Assembly (NCBI GenBank): GCA_964658305.1
Contig: OZ210885.1
Location: 25,420,001 to 25,484,000 of the forward strand
Length of the DNA stretch: 64,000 bases
Direction: 5' to 3'
Source of the DNA: Leptogorgia sarmentosa
Lineage: Eukaryota
How positions within the stretch are numbered: position 1 is the stretch's first letter; each line of letters starts with the position of its first letter. Below, piece by piece: positions 37,655 to 50,550 of this stretch. Under the pieces are notes generated by a model. The model was not told the origin of the DNA. It searched no databases and was given only the letters and a program-made list of their open reading frames with translations. A program made the translations under genes and the position numbers.

Positions 37655-40600
37655 ACTTTTATACTGCTTTGTGCTGAATAAAGGTTTTAAAATATAAGCT
37701 TGAAATATAAGCATCTTCCGACCTGTTAGCGTTTAACACACCATTTGGTCGATTCAAGTTTAAAAGGCTTCCTTTTGGTGTCCATTGTGCCAGCGAAGTG
37801 TTTAGTAAGCGCTTTTCAGAAATACTGGATGGTCCAGATGGAGTTGCTCATATTCAAGACGATATTATTGTTTGGGGAACTGATCAAGAGAATCACAATA
37901 ATAATTTGAATAAGGTGTTGAAAAGAATCAAGGAATCTGGACTGAAGCTCTAAATAAGAAGAAATGTGAGTTTGGCATACGTGAAATTAAATATGTTGGT
38001 CATATTTTCTCTGACAAAGTGCTTCGTGTCGATAGAAGCGATTCGCATCAAAGATAGAAGCGATTCGCAACATGCCTGTCCCTCAAACAGTTGCTGAAGT
38101 GCACCGTTTTCTCGGTATGGTTGCGTATGATCAGCATACCAAACAGTTTAGAACCTTGCGACAACTAGTTTCGCAGAGTCCAGCGCTTGTCAATGCAAGT
38201 AAATCAGGTCTTGGGGCCATGCTTCTTCAAGCACAAGATGATACATGGTGCCCGGTGGCTTATGCTAGTTGTGCTTTGACTAAGGTGGAGCAAAATTATA
38301 GCCAGATCCGAAAAAGAGACTTTGGCAGTAGTATTTGGAACTGAACATTTTAATCAATATGTTTATGGTCGTGCGTTTCTTGTGTAATCCGATCACAAAC
38401 CCTTGCAGCCGATTTTGAAACGAAACATTGATAAAGCACCCCCGCGTATACAACGTATGCTGCTGCGTTTACAAAAATATGATTTTGAGCTAGTTTTCAC
38501 ACCAGGAACTACCAATCCAGTGGCTCATACATTGTCAAGGGCATTCTCACCTTCGTCTGCTCCAAACGAACTGTCCGTTTGACTATCAAGTACACATGTT
38601 ACTTTCGTACTTACCAATAACCAAGGAGAAATTGAAAGAGATCCAGTCCGCCACTGCGATTGATTCCACACTGCACACCTGCGGCGAGTTGTTTTGAACG
38701 GATGGCCCGAAGATAAAAACCTATTGCCAAACAATGTAATGCCGTATTATCAATGTCGAGCAGAGTTATCAGTCGTAGATGGACTCGTCTTTAAAGGTGA
38801 GCGCGTTGTCATACCGTCAAGCATGCGGAAGGAAATCAAAGAAAAAATCCATCAAGGGCATATGGGAATCGAGAAATGCAAAGTGAGAGCACGACAAGTC
38901 GTCTTTTGGCCAGGCATCAATGCTGAAATTACCGAGATCGTGTCACGATGTCCTGCATGTATCAAGTATCAACAAGCACAAAAGAAACAACCTCTCAAGC
39001 CACATGACGTTCTTGCTGAACCATGGTATAAAGTCGGTATGGATTTAGCTAGTTACAAAAATAAAGACTATTTAGTTATTGTTGACTACTTCTCGAACTA
39101 CCCAGAAGTTAGTCCATTGAACATTACTCATAGTTCCACAATAATATCTCACGTTAAATCGATTTTTTCTTGACACAGTATTAAGATAGTACTAGAAATA
39201 CATACATGCAGCAACCCCTCGCCTTACTAACCAATTAATGCAACTATATTTTTGGAACATGAAGTATTTCAAAGGCTGCCTGAGGTTGTTGTCATGGCAA
39301 CACGATCGGAAATTCATTATTTCTGTAATTTTTTGAAAACTGTCAAATTCACCTTTTATCTTTGTTTTATTGGCATTTTTTTTAAATTTCGAGAACCATT
39401 TGTTATCCGAACGTTATTAGGACTAATATAAACTTGAATTTGGTGCGAAATACTACATTTATTTGCATAAAACGGTTTAATTAAGTCAGTCTTTGATATG
39501 AAACAATTTCCAGCCAATATTTGCTCGTGTTCTTTTGGCGTAAAGTTTGTAAATATTTTGAAGTCCTACCTTTAAAACAATAAACTTATACTCTGGAATT
39601 GAGCCGTGAATAGATTAAATGCGGCTACGGCGACCTTTCATACAAATAGTAGACTGTAGATAGTAAATACGCAAAACAAAGTTCACTGCTGGCAACATAT
39701 TGACGAACTTATCCTGTGTTTGAGTTTCAATCCGTAGTCGTTTTCCCCTTTCTCAGTGTTATATATCTTCTGAGAAGGCTTTCCAAGTCTTACAGTGTAG
39801 GTCTTGTCTTTGTTTTCACCTTTCCAAAGGCCCAAAAGCTTTAAAAAGCTTCAGCTCTTCATGATAGTCACCATAATTTTGAGATCAGTGATAACCACCC
39901 ATACACAGTAACCCAAAATGGCCGCCAAATCAAGCAACTTTGGACTCTGCTATGCCGGAATTATTACCCTTGCCCCTGGCTAACGCCCGGACGGCGCTTC
40001 GTGCAGTGGCCCGGGGAATATCGGACAACAGACCACAATTTTCAAGTCTTGAGTTTAAGCAGTTTGCAACAAAGTGGGAATTTACACATACAACATCAAG
40101 CCCCGAATACCCTAGATCAAACGGCATGGCCGAAAGCGCAGTCAAGATTGTCAAGAAGATTTTTAAGAGAACGGAGTGCATGGACGATGATGCATATCTA
40201 GTATTGCTAGCACATCGTGCAACACCAAGCACTAATGACACAAGATCACCAGCTGAAAAGCTTATGGGCCGTAATATTAGAACACCTTTACCAGACCTCC
40301 GGAAAATGGTTAACAGCAAGAAGGACTGTATAGATAAGGAACTACCTGTGAAGTTTAACCCAGGGTATATAACCCAGAAGATAAAAAATTACTATGATCG
40401 ACCTGCCGACCAGTTACCAGAGGTACCTGTCGAGTCTACCGTTCAAATTCGTGACAAAGAAAAAGGTATGTGGCCACTGAAAGCAAAGGTCTTGGAAACG
40501 CAAACACACCTCGATCGTTAATTGTTGAATCGGAAAAAAGGCTCCACGTTGCGAAGAAACTGCCAAGATTTGCTGATAACAAATGAGAAATTTACAACCG

Positions 40601-41031
40601 AACCAGATACGGAAGATATCCCAGATGAACCTGCCTGTGGTAGTGGAAACAACTCCAATCAGGGTGAAATACAACAGTCCAATTTACCAACAGAGACTGG
40701 AAAGGATGCAGAACCAAATATGATCCAGGACGATGTTTTAACTAATCGGAACAATCATCGCAGAAGCTTGATAGTATCCAAACCTCCAAAACGACTTGGA
40801 TTTGATGATTAGATATATAGGTTATAATGCAACAGTTCTTATTTTGTGTTTAGTTAAGAAAGGAGGGTGTTACAATATCTACTCACCGACCCCCTCTTAG
40901 GATAGGGAATGGATCATGCACAGTGAGGACATGATTGTTGTAGTTAGTGCACGAGGCAGCCAAATATTGAATATTGGCACTTTTATACTGCTTTGTGCTG
41001 AATAAAGGTTTTAAAATATAAGCTTGAAACA
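37655..41031 (+). mobile_element. Second Gypsy element, heavily deleted (RT-RH-INT remnants; 3' LTR 40868-41031, partial 5' LTR ~37655-37704)
   Basis: FNTPFGRFKFKRLPFG, IQDDII, IHQGHMGIEKC, RSNGMAES; GAAAGGAGGG purine tract; LTR segment repeated at both ends. Confidence 0.85.
39192..40017 (-). mobile_element. Non-coding Helitron-like insertion in the Gypsy integrase
   Basis: Minus-strand 5'-TC...CTAG-3', no TSD; removal restores KIV|ISDN. Confidence 0.5.
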
Positions 41032-43045
41032 CGACCCGTACTAATCGCAATTCACAATATTCAAAATTAGTTGCATAACTAAAGCAGGTTAAAACCATTA
41101 AGGCTCTGTCAGTTCGTATCACGTCGCGACAAGATTTTGCACAATGATTATCAGGGATATTCTCCATCGACTGACGAAGTTAGATTTATGATGTTCTAAT
41201 CTGTAGGGGATTTAAAAGTAATTTTAGATTGTAGCGTAGAGTGCAAATTTTCATATCATTAATATTCATAGATCTCATTTTGACCTGAAAAAGGTCAAAA
41301 TACGTCAAAATGAGATCGTGCCATTTGCTTCGTTTCCGGAACAGTTCCTGGTCCAATAGTACAATCGTACTTGTTGAATGAAAACATTCACTGGTCGATT
41401 TAATTTTTACTGATATGCACTTATAACTTGGACACTTTCTCAATTACAGGACGATCAGTGAAAGAACAAATATTATTCGTATATAAATATTATTATGCGT
41501 TAAACGTGCATGCTGATGAGTCAACTTTGAATGCTCTTGATGATGTGCTGTGTGTAATGGAATTGGATTAGAATTATACTTCACAAACTCCGGTCGAAAT
41601 ATATGGGAAAACATATGGTAAAGCTTGCCTTACCGTGCTCTAACTCACGTTTCAACGCTTCCGGAACCGGAAGAGAAAAGGAAAGAAAAGAGGAAGGTCA
41701 CATGACCCCGGATATAAATACGCCAACCCCCCGGTGCACCGTCGGCTTTTTTCCTCGTGCTCACTCACGTGAGTATACTCATACGGTAAGTTTTCGTACT
41801 GTTTTAAGCCTTTACTTCACTTTTGAGCTTTAGATTTGCAGGATGTCTGATAAATCAACTCGTAAATGTCGCTGTAGTGATCGTACATCGCCCACCGAGC
41901 GATCTTACACCACGGTAAACACCGACGCAGGCGGGACAATAACACTGCCCCGATCGCCAACAACGAAACATTGACTAAGATTCTCGAGGGGTTTAACGAC
42001 ATGAAGCAACAGTTTGTGACTTGGACCACTCGTGTCACTGCCATTGAGTCGAAATTGAATGAAACCTCTGCCACAATGGCCCAGTTTTCCGGCGAAATCG
42101 TCGATCGACTGTCAATTCACTTGCCGCAAGAAATCGACAATATGGCGGTCACCAATTCTGCCGTTGAGGCACCTTTAGCTGGCTCTTTGCCACCTTTAGA
42201 CGGCGTTGAGCCGACACATCTGACCGATATCACCGACCTGATCGGTCTTGTTTCGGAGGATGAAACTCCATGCGGGTTTTTTTGACCCCGAGAGTACATC
42301 TCAACGACGATGGGCGCCTTCCGCCCCCTTTGGCAAATTTCTGGAGAAAAACATGCGTAGACGCCTAACTTTAGAGCAAGTTAACGAAATAATCGGAGAA
42401 AATTCTCTCCCTGAAATTGACGCATGTGTTGCGCCTTTACTCGACAAACAGATTCTAGACTATATTCCCGCCAGAAACAAAAGATTCGTTGAACAACGGG
42501 ATAAGGATTTAGCGCTTGTTCAACGCGCCTTACTAAACTCGGCAGGCCCTTTGTGCTGCTTACATGACTGCCTCGAAAATCAGGACAAGATTTCTAATGA
42601 GGAACTGTTAAACACCCTTCAGCAATCACTCTGTCTGTTGTGCTCAGCCAGCCACATAGTGACAACTATTCGGCGTAAGAAAATTCTGGGAGCGATTAAT
42701 CCGGATAAGGCTCAATTAGCCGACAGTGACTTCCCAAATGCGGGAAAGATGCTCTTCGGTGAAGATTTGCCCTCCTTAGCGGCCAAACACTCCGAATTGT
42801 CGCGGAGCCTGGCAAAAAACCTGCAAAAACGACCGTACAGTGCCCAACCCCAGACACCGGGGGGTAGTTCTGGGGCATTCGTGCCCCCCGCCAACAAGTA
42901 ATTTTGACTCCATTACCCATTGAATTGACCAAACCAATCTATGTTTGGCGTGCTGGTCAGCCAGCAACCTCAGCTGGCCTACATAGTTTGTACAGATAGG
43001 GAGCGAGTCTTCGTAGTATGCGGTTTGTACTGCGCCTGTTTAAAG

Positions 43046-44044
43046 TCAACTGGCTCCATCCATGCATCTGGAGACGGACAATCGGGAAGTCAAGGAATCC
43101 TTCACATACATATCCTTAGCTGCAGTTGATTTCCATCTTCCGTGACGTTGAAAATGACGTTCTGGAACACTGGCGTTTGCTGCTAATGTGGCACCTCCTG
43201 CACGCATCGAGTGTGTACTGTACTTTGATATATCGGGTACAATATCCTTGAACAGTTTTTTGAACGACTCCCTGTAGGTAGTGTAGCTTATTGGTTTGTT
43301 GATGATAATCAAACGCTTGTTGACCCCTTTACCTGAAATAGGTCTAAACAAAAATTCAGTAGCGCCTGGGGATATACGAGAACTTTCCAAATATCGTTTC
43401 ATTAATTTTACCGGACAAATACAAGGGTCCGTCAATTCGTTGAGAACAACTGTAGCTCCATCTCTAAGTTGGTCTGTTTTACTTTGCCTTATGTGAATGT
43501 TAACATAATTATTCTCAAACTGTATATCATTTCTTCTTAAATTGATAACCTAAGAACGGCGAAGAAACGCAGCAAATGAAAGTACAAACATAACATAATT
43601 TCTGAGTTGTGTTAGGTCTTTGTAGTCTATATGAGCTCCTAGTTTTTTGAGGTGTTCAATATCTAATGGTTCTTTTTTATTTGGGTGACCTTGACTTAAA
43701 TGCTTAATAATGCCTGCTCTTACTGCAACTAAAAATTGATCTTGGGTTGGAGAAACAAACCCTGCCAGGCTGTGCGCCCAATTGATTGCGTAGAAAATAG
43801 AATTAACAGCAGCAATCGAAGAAGTATCGGATAAATGTTGTAGGTACAATGCTACATGGAAAGGATCTGCTGGCAAATATTGGACGTCTAGCACGCCTTC
43901 TGCGAATTTTTTCCACTTCTGGAATGACTTGCTATATCCTATTGTGGTACTCTCTGCTTTGGAATATAGCATTCTGTTTAAGACCGGTAACGAATTCCGA
44001 TGCAGCAAAATTTTGGGACCAGATTGGACTTTGACTGAAAATAT
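43046..44044 (-). pseudogene. Tyrosine recombinase, one frameshift near 43550
   Basis: AAFLR, IRQSKTDQ, HSMRAGGAT, HGRWKS..MYV catalytic set; splice acceptor at ~44045. Confidence 0.88.
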
Positions 44045-44411
44045 CTAAAACATGGAGAAAACTGAAATATAAATAAATAATTAGTCTACAATGTGTACAA
44101 TATTACCTGCAGTATAGTGAAAAGCACTTCTTGCATAAATGTAAGTATATTCTTGAGCTAATAACTAATTATAAACTCTAAATTTATTAATAACTATTCT
44201 ATGTTATTATGATATTTTAGACACTTCTGTCATGGTCCTGTTAGGCATTTGGGCCGTGATATTGATAGGCACTTGGGCCATGGTATTGATAGGCACTTAG
44301 GCCTGGAACACATATTGTCTTATATAATCACAAAGACAATGAAAACATACGATGTTCTACTTTTCGTTCATATGACACGGTAGTACTGAGGTCACCAAGG
44401 ATAGCACACTG

Positions 44412-46502
44412 TTAAATATTAACTTCAATATTACAAGGCCTTACGTTGTTGGAGAAATCTATTCTTACTGCAACCGTCTCAAATGTAAGAGGCTTATGAC
44501 CAAATATACTGTTTTTTGCTTTGCATTTCAAAAATAGCTTCGAAGAATTTGGTAACTTTAGACAGCCAACAATGAACTGACTCCAATGTACTCCGTCCGG
44601 ACATAATATTGTCCAAAAATGTGCAGATTTCCACACTGGTGCAATTAGGGTGCCTTGCGCTCCACACGTTTTTGCATGATTGACTGTTTTGATTATCAGG
44701 TAGGTGGGTGGACAAAGCCAATTATTATGTTGCGACCAGTCTTGTGTAAAACCGTCGACCCCGCTAGTTCCAGGTTGAAAATACCGTGTATTGAAGTTTT
44801 GAAGTTTGGAATTGTAATGACAAGCGAATCTGTCACACGAATGAGGGCCCCATAACACATCTATGAAATTGAATACGTCATCGTGAAAAGTATAATCATC
44901 AAAATCTATTATTTTGCTGATTTCATCAGCGGCTAAGTTTTTGTCTCTTGGAATCCACTGTATGTCTAAGGATATGCCAAGTGTAATACAAATTGTGAAA
45001 ATTTGGAGCGCAATACTTTGTAATTCATCAACTTTTGAACCGGATGGGATAATTTTAGCAACGTTTTGATTATCTGTGAACCAAACAATTTTTTGAGATT
45101 TTAATTTCTGCGAGAAGGATTTAAGAGCCAATTCCACGGTACGTAGTTCCCTATATGTAGAACTTTTTGAACTTTCTAATTCAGACCAATTTTGGTGAAA
45201 GACCTCTCCTTCCATGCTAATAATGCTAGCACAGCCCGTCTCTGAGGCATCTGAATAAACCGTTTTGTTAGGTATACAGTCTATCGGCCGAATCGGACAA
45301 CCATTGAATTTGGTTAAATTATCCTTCCAAAATCTTATTTCTTCAACCGCTTTATCGGTGAGAGTTATATATGAACTCCAATTTGGAGCAGAATTTATTA
45401 ACGCGTAAATATTTCTTGTCATCAGTTTTGACAGGTTGCCTATGCAATAACCACACGATATGACTTTTCCACAAAGGCTTGCAAGTCTCTTGACGGGTTG
45501 TTTATCGCCTTTATGAGCAAGAATAAGGGCTGTGTCTGACATTATACTGTGCTGCACTCTTTTGGAAGTAACTCTAAATGTGAAGTCAAAAGTATTGATT
45601 CGTACACCCAACCAGGTCATTTCTTGTGTTGGATCCCAAAAGCACTTAGTCTCGTTAGGTAGAAAACCAAATCTGAATAAATCAGCATGAACTTTAAGGC
45701 TGAATATTTTTGCGAGTAAATAAGATCTATCGGCACCTAAACCGTCATCTAAAAATAACGCGATTGTCTTTCCTTGAGATCGCCATAGCTTGATTAAGGG
45801 TTTCAATAATTTTGTAAAGATGTACGGTGCTGAAGATAGACCAAAAGGTAATACTGTAAACTGAAAATATTTTGTAGTTCCATCTTGAAAAGTCCACGCG
45901 AAGGATAGAAAGACTTGGTGATCTTTAAAAATCTCTACGTGGTGGCAACCTGATTTTAGGTCGAATGTAAACATGAAATCCTTTGGTGGTATTATCTCTT
46001 TGACTGTAGAAATATCTTCACAACGAAACTTGTTTTTGAAAATATGAACGTTAATATGTCGTAAGTCTATAATAAGACGCTTCTTACCCGATTGCTGAAT
46101 GGAAACTGATAAGGGATTTATAATTTCTGGAGCTGAATCAACTTCAATAATGCATTGGTTAATCAGAAGTTCATTGAGAGCCTCTTCTACAAAAGCTTTC
46201 TCCCTAAGCGCTGATTTGTTGTTTCTAGCAGTGAATGGAGGCGGCGTGGTCATAAATGGAATTTTATATCCATCCAATATCATGTCTATAAGAAATTTTG
46301 GAGCGTGGATTTCCCTCCAAGCATTCACACACTTTCGTAATCTGCCTTTAACTTTCGCACTAACTCCTTTATCATTGTTCTCATATTCATAGTCTTGTAT
46401 TGATAAAGGCACTTGCGTGGCCAAACTTTGATCATAACATGCATCATTGTAGGAATGTTCTACGACATTGTCGTCGGGTTTCTGAACAGAATCGTTCCTC
46501 AA
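44412..46502 (-). CDS. RT-RNase H-methyltransferase-like polyprotein
   Basis: FDLKSG, VLPFGLSSAP, FLDDG, YSDASETG, SSTYREL, TDNQ, WIPR..N..AD, DRFA..NWLCPP. Confidence 0.9.
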   Translation of the reverse strand: MRNDSVQKPDDNVVEHSYNDACYDQSLATQVPLSIQDYEYENNDKGVSAKVKGRLRKCVNAWREIHAPKFLIDMILDGYKIPFMTTPPPFTARNNKSALREKAFVEEALNELLINQCIIEVDSAPEIINPLSVSIQQSGKKRLIIDLRHINVHIFKNKFRCEDISTVKEIIPPKDFMFTFDLKSGCHHVEIFKDHQVFLSFAWTFQDGTTKYFQFTVLPFGLSSAPYIFTKLLKPLIKLWRSQGKTIALFLDDGLGADRSYLLAKIFSLKVHADLFRFGFLPNETKCFWDPTQEMTWLGVRINTFDFTFRVTSKRVQHSIMSDTALILAHKGDKQPVKRLASLCGKVISCGYCIGNLSKLMTRNIYALINSAPNWSSYITLTDKAVEEIRFWKDNLTKFNGCPIRPIDCIPNKTVYSDASETGCASIISMEGEVFHQNWSELESSKSSTYRELRTVELALKSFSQKLKSQKIVWFTDNQNVAKIIPSGSKVDELQSIALQIFTICITLGISLDIQWIPRDKNLAADEISKIIDFDDYTFHDDVFNFIDVLWGPHSCDRFACHYNSKLQNFNTRYFQPGTSGVDGFTQDWSQHNNWLCPPTYLIIKTVNHAKTCGAQGTLIAPVWKSAHFWTILCPDGVHWSQFIVGCLKLPNSSKLFLKCKAKNSIFGHKPLTFETVAVRIDFSNNVRPCNIEVNI

Positions 46503-46505
46503 TAG

Positions 46506-47189
46506 TCATTTATCTTGCTTCTGAATTGAAGCAGTCACTAAGGGACAAGCGGCTCTCCAATGACCTGGCTTTCCGCAAGAAAAACAAACCCCTGATGATC
46601 TATAAGATGACTTGTATATAGATCTTCCATTATTAAATGGAACAGAACTATTTGCGTGCCAATTAGTGTCTACGGTACTCGTAGAGCGATGCATGTTTTC
46701 AAGCTTTTTGAAACGAGTGGGATTAAATCTTTTGTTTTCTCTAGCCGCCCTGGCTTCTGCTCTATAAATTTTCTTCTCGTCTTCCTCATCTGCCGCTAAA
46801 TCGTGTTGCTTATACTCCAACACCGTTTTCCACCCGTAAGGAGATTTATCGGCTAATCTAATAAGTTTCTGTCGCTCTGTTAAGACAGATTTACCTTTGT
46901 CAATAGCTTCCTTGGCTTGGTCAAGATTGTTGTGGGACAAATGATCACTCGCGTCATCTAAGCACCGCATCACTGCACTAGTAGATTTGAATTGATCTTC
47001 GTTACTCTTCTTTTTAAATACTGGGGTATCTGTGTACTTTAGCTTTTTGATCTCTTTGATTTGTTCATGAGCTTGATCTTCGTTCGTCCTCTTCAGTCCT
47101 TGTACAGTATCAGCGATAAGGCTCGTCATCTGAGTCATAAGTTGCTCGTTGTTCTTGTGAATAGTGCATTGAATTGTTGCTTCGTCCAT
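46506..47189 (-). CDS. Gag-like protein with CCHC knuckle
   Basis: RQKLIRLADKSPYGWKTV..DEKKIYRAE; CFSCGKPGHWRAAC. Confidence 0.85.
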   Translation of the reverse strand: MDEATIQCTIHKNNEQLMTQMTSLIADTVQGLKRTNEDQAHEQIKEIKKLKYTDTPVFKKKSNEDQFKSTSAVMRCLDDASDHLSHNNLDQAKEAIDKGKSVLTERQKLIRLADKSPYGWKTVLEYKQHDLAADEEDEKKIYRAEARAARENKRFNPTRFKKLENMHRSTSTVDTNWHANSSVPFNNGRSIYKSSYRSSGVCFSCGKPGHWRAACPLVTASIQKQDK

Positions 47190-47337
47190 GACAGGTTAAA
47201 CAAAGTTCTGAATGTGACGCTGGTTGACCGTAGATTGAATATTTCCTAACCAGCTCTTGCTTATATACCATTGTATGTCCAATTTGCATCACCACGCCTT
47301 CATTGTTCCATGACGTCAAAATATTAATTTATGCTGT

Positions 47338-50047
47338 TTGGCAATATCACAAATTTCATTAGCTATTCAGGGCCTAAACAGGTCAGGCCAGCGAAGTCAG
47401 GCCAGCGCGGATCTTTTCCCAATAATACTAGACCCCCGAATTTTCGCGGCAGGCGGGACCAGACGAACCGCAGCGGCCCCGCCAATAACTCAGCGAACGG
47501 CACAACTGCCTCTGTTCCTCCGTCACTGGCAGCATATAACTCAAGACCGACAGGTCTTAGAGATCGTTCAGGGTTACCGACTAAACTTTCACGCGAAACC
47601 GTGGCAAAGATTTATTCTGCGAACAACGCCCACGGAAAACGCAAACGTAACGAGCAAGGAAGTTACAGCACTGCTGACCAAAGGGGCTATTATTCCCGTA
47701 CAGTTTTCCCCGAGCAGATTTTACAGCAGCATGTTCCTAGTCCCAAAAAAGGGAGGCTCTTTTCGCCCAGTTATCGATCTCAGTCAGTTGAACAAGTTCG
47801 TCATAAACGAACACTTTCAGATGGAAAACTTACTGTGCGCTACAAATTATTACAAACAAATTATAAACCCACAGGACTTTCTGGTAAAGTTAGACTTCAA
47901 GGACGCTTATCTGATGGTCGGGGTCCACCCCGATTCTCAACCATTCCTGAGGTTCATTTGGCAGGACCAGGTTTATCAGTTTCAAGCCCTGCCATTTGGC
48001 CTAAACACAGCACCGCGGGTCTTCACAAAATTACTCAGACCAGTGGTGGCTTTTCTCCGCACGCGAAACATCAGACTTCTGATTTATCTGGACGACATCC
48101 TCCTGGTGGCATCAAGTCCTTTGATTTTGCACCAGCACACAAGCGTGGTGATAAACCTACTCCAAGATCTGGGATTTCTAGTCAATTTCGAGAAGTCAAT
48201 CCTAACACCAACCCAAATCCTAGAGTTCCTAGGATTCATAATAAATACAGTAACTATGAGGTTTTATTTACCTCCGGAGAAGATAGCGAAAACCTATCGC
48301 CTGTGCAAAGCCTTAATGAAGGCGAATCCGGCACCTTTACATCCCCTATCTCAGCTTCTGGGCTTTCTAGAATCGTGTCGACCAGCAGTATGGCTGGCCC
48401 CACTCCATTTCCGCCACCTCCAGTCATCCTTAATCGAGCAGGTAGCGTTGAACAATGGGGGTTATCACGGCACAGTCCGCCTGAGCGGACCGGCACGGAA
48501 CGAGCTGTATTGTTGGATCCAGAATATCCATCAAGTGAATGGAAGTCCAATTCGCCCCCCTTAACCGAAATGACTATCACGTCGGATGCCTCCAAGATGG
48601 GCTGGGGGGCCACTTGTGGTGATTTTTCAACCAACGGACGTTGGTCACACGGAGAGAGCCTTCTTCACATAAACGTCCTGGAACTCAAGGCGGCTTCGCT
48701 ATACAATCATTCCTGAAGTATCAAGCAAACATTGTGGTGAAACTTTGCCTGGACAACACGACGGCTGTCTCGTATATCAACAACCAGGGCGGAACCCGCT
48801 CTCCAATCTTAACGTCCCCGACACTAGAATTATGGAATTGGTGCCAAAGACACAATATACTTCTGAAAGCGGAATATCTTCCGGGGATCCAGAACGTACA
48901 AGCGGACAGCGAATCGAGGTTATTCAACGACTCGAGTGATTGGAAAATACAATCAGAGATTATAGAACCTTTTCTCAGGGACAGGGAGGTCGACCTCTTT
49001 GCCTCCCGATTGACCAATCAACTGCCACGCTATATCAGCTGGCGCCTGGATCCCCACGCTTACACAACAGACGCGTTCACAGTGGATTGGAGTACCATGA
49101 GGGGATATGCATTCCCCTCATTCAATCTGATCCCTCGCACACTGATGAAGGTGAAGGACGACAATGCCACTCTAATGCTAGTAGCCCCAATTTGGCAAGT
49201 GCAGTATTGGTGGCCCCTGTTGCTACAACTAGCGATAAGCCTCCCAGTTCGCCTTCCATTGTCTCCAACTCTTTTGGAGGATCCGTCCAACCCAGGGGCC
49301 ACTCATCCAATGTACCCAAGACTTCGGCTAGCCGTATGGGTCATCTCCAGCAACGCTGCTCAGCAGAGGGCTTTCCAAGCACAGTTACCTGACTATTGTC
49401 TTCCTCCACACGGCGGTCAACCAACAAAGCCTACGACTCCGCATGGGGAAAGTGGCATAGCTGGTGCCATAGCAGGCAAATTGATCCGATTTCGGCAAGT
49501 ATCAGAGATATCTTAACCTCCCTAAGTGATCAGTTTGACAACAAGCTCCAATACCGCACCATAAACGTTCTCTGTTCTGCCATCTCGTCTGTGCATCCCT
49601 GGGTTGACAGCAAACCGGTTGGACAACATCCTATGGTCATCTGACTCATGAAGGGCATCGCTAATGAACATCCTTCGAAGCCGAGGTATTCGTCAACGTG
49701 GGATGTCTCCCAGGTTATGTCATATTTATCGTCACTAGGGGAGAATGAGCAGCTATGCCTAAAGTTGCTGACTAAAAAACTCCTGATGTTGCTGGCATTG
49801 ATCTCACCAGAGCGGTCCTCTGTTCTATCGGAACTGGATAACAATTTCCTGAAGAAACAGCCAGATGGCTTTACATTCACATTAACGCAACCTCGCAAGA
49901 CAGGGGACCCACGATCTCTCACAGCGATAGCATTTCCATCCTTTCCGGACGACAGCACGCTGTGTCCCTTGGGATGCTTGGATGCATATTTAAACGCTAC
50001 AAGTGTGTTTCGAACTCGCCCTGACTGTAAGAAGTTATTCCTGTCGA
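47338..50047 (+). pseudogene. DIRS RT-RH-MT and truncated YR, with long overlapping frame 47331-48716
   Basis: Motifs as for the DIRS element; frameshifts near 48560 and 48700, stop at ~49642. Confidence 0.85.
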
Positions 50048-50518
50048 CCGTACGCGCAAAAAAAGTACAACTGTTTGATTACTTATAGCTCAGAAACCAT
50101 AAGCAGTAGAACCGTAAGTGGAGTTTCATTGCATCCAGCAATGTCTAACTTAAAGTTTGGTATATTCGACAGGCATTTTCGTCCAAGATTGACTGAGATA
50201 TGAGAGTTTAAACTTTTGTGAACAATTTTCAGACGGTCACAAATTGGCTAAAAACGGCCTATTAAACTGATTTTATAACCGTGTCACAATTTTATCATAA
50301 GCAGCGTTTTAACAAACGTAGTTGAAGTACAAATTTCATCCTCCTTGTAACAGAGATGCTTTCTCTTTTTTGTTTGCTGTTCGGCAACAGAAAAATTAAG
50401 CTACAACTACAAGGCAAAGTTGATTAAAAGTTTTCTCTTAATTCGACGTCCAAAGGGTCGAAGGTCTTTTGAGTTATAAGTAATAATCAAACAGTTGTAC
50501 TTTTTTTGCGCCACCCGG
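50048..50518. mobile_element. Tc1/mariner-type MITE, deleted copy of the family at 60877-61707
   Basis: GCGCAAAAAAAGTACAACTGTTTGATT inverted ends, ..CCACCCGG-TA right end. Confidence 0.8.
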
Positions 50519-50550
50519 TATATCGTTCAAGGATTGGCTCACACAGCGTG

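Larger units (their letters stand above)
42900..47393 (-). mobile_element. Second YR retrotransposon (PAT/Ngaro-like order gag, RT-RH-MT, YR) nested antisense in the DIRS gag
   Basis: Bounded by AAGT at 42896-42899 and 47394-47397; excision restores host frame PPANK|SGQRGS. Confidence 0.85.
41560..50047 (+). mobile_element. DIRS1-like tyrosine-recombinase retrotransposon; left boundary approximate, 3' truncated, interrupted at 42900-47393
   Basis: gag 41971-42899 continuing at 47398; RT KLDFKDAY, LPFGL, YLDDIL; RNase H SDAS..GWG, HINVLE; MT-like VDLFAS..DAF..W; YR N-terminus AYDSAWGKW. Confidence 0.88.

Noticed and set aside
41505..41545. Hammerhead ribozyme (CTGATGAG)
   Set aside because: No stem II closing onto a GAAA core downstream
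44412..44870. Bacterial adenine methyltransferase or contamination
   Set aside because: The MT-like domain is the normal C-terminus of DIRS/PAT pol; surrounding genes have spliceosomal introns
47331..48716. Novel 461-aa protein overlapping RT
   Set aside because: Long overlapping frames are an established DIRS1-like feature; the start is the gag tail
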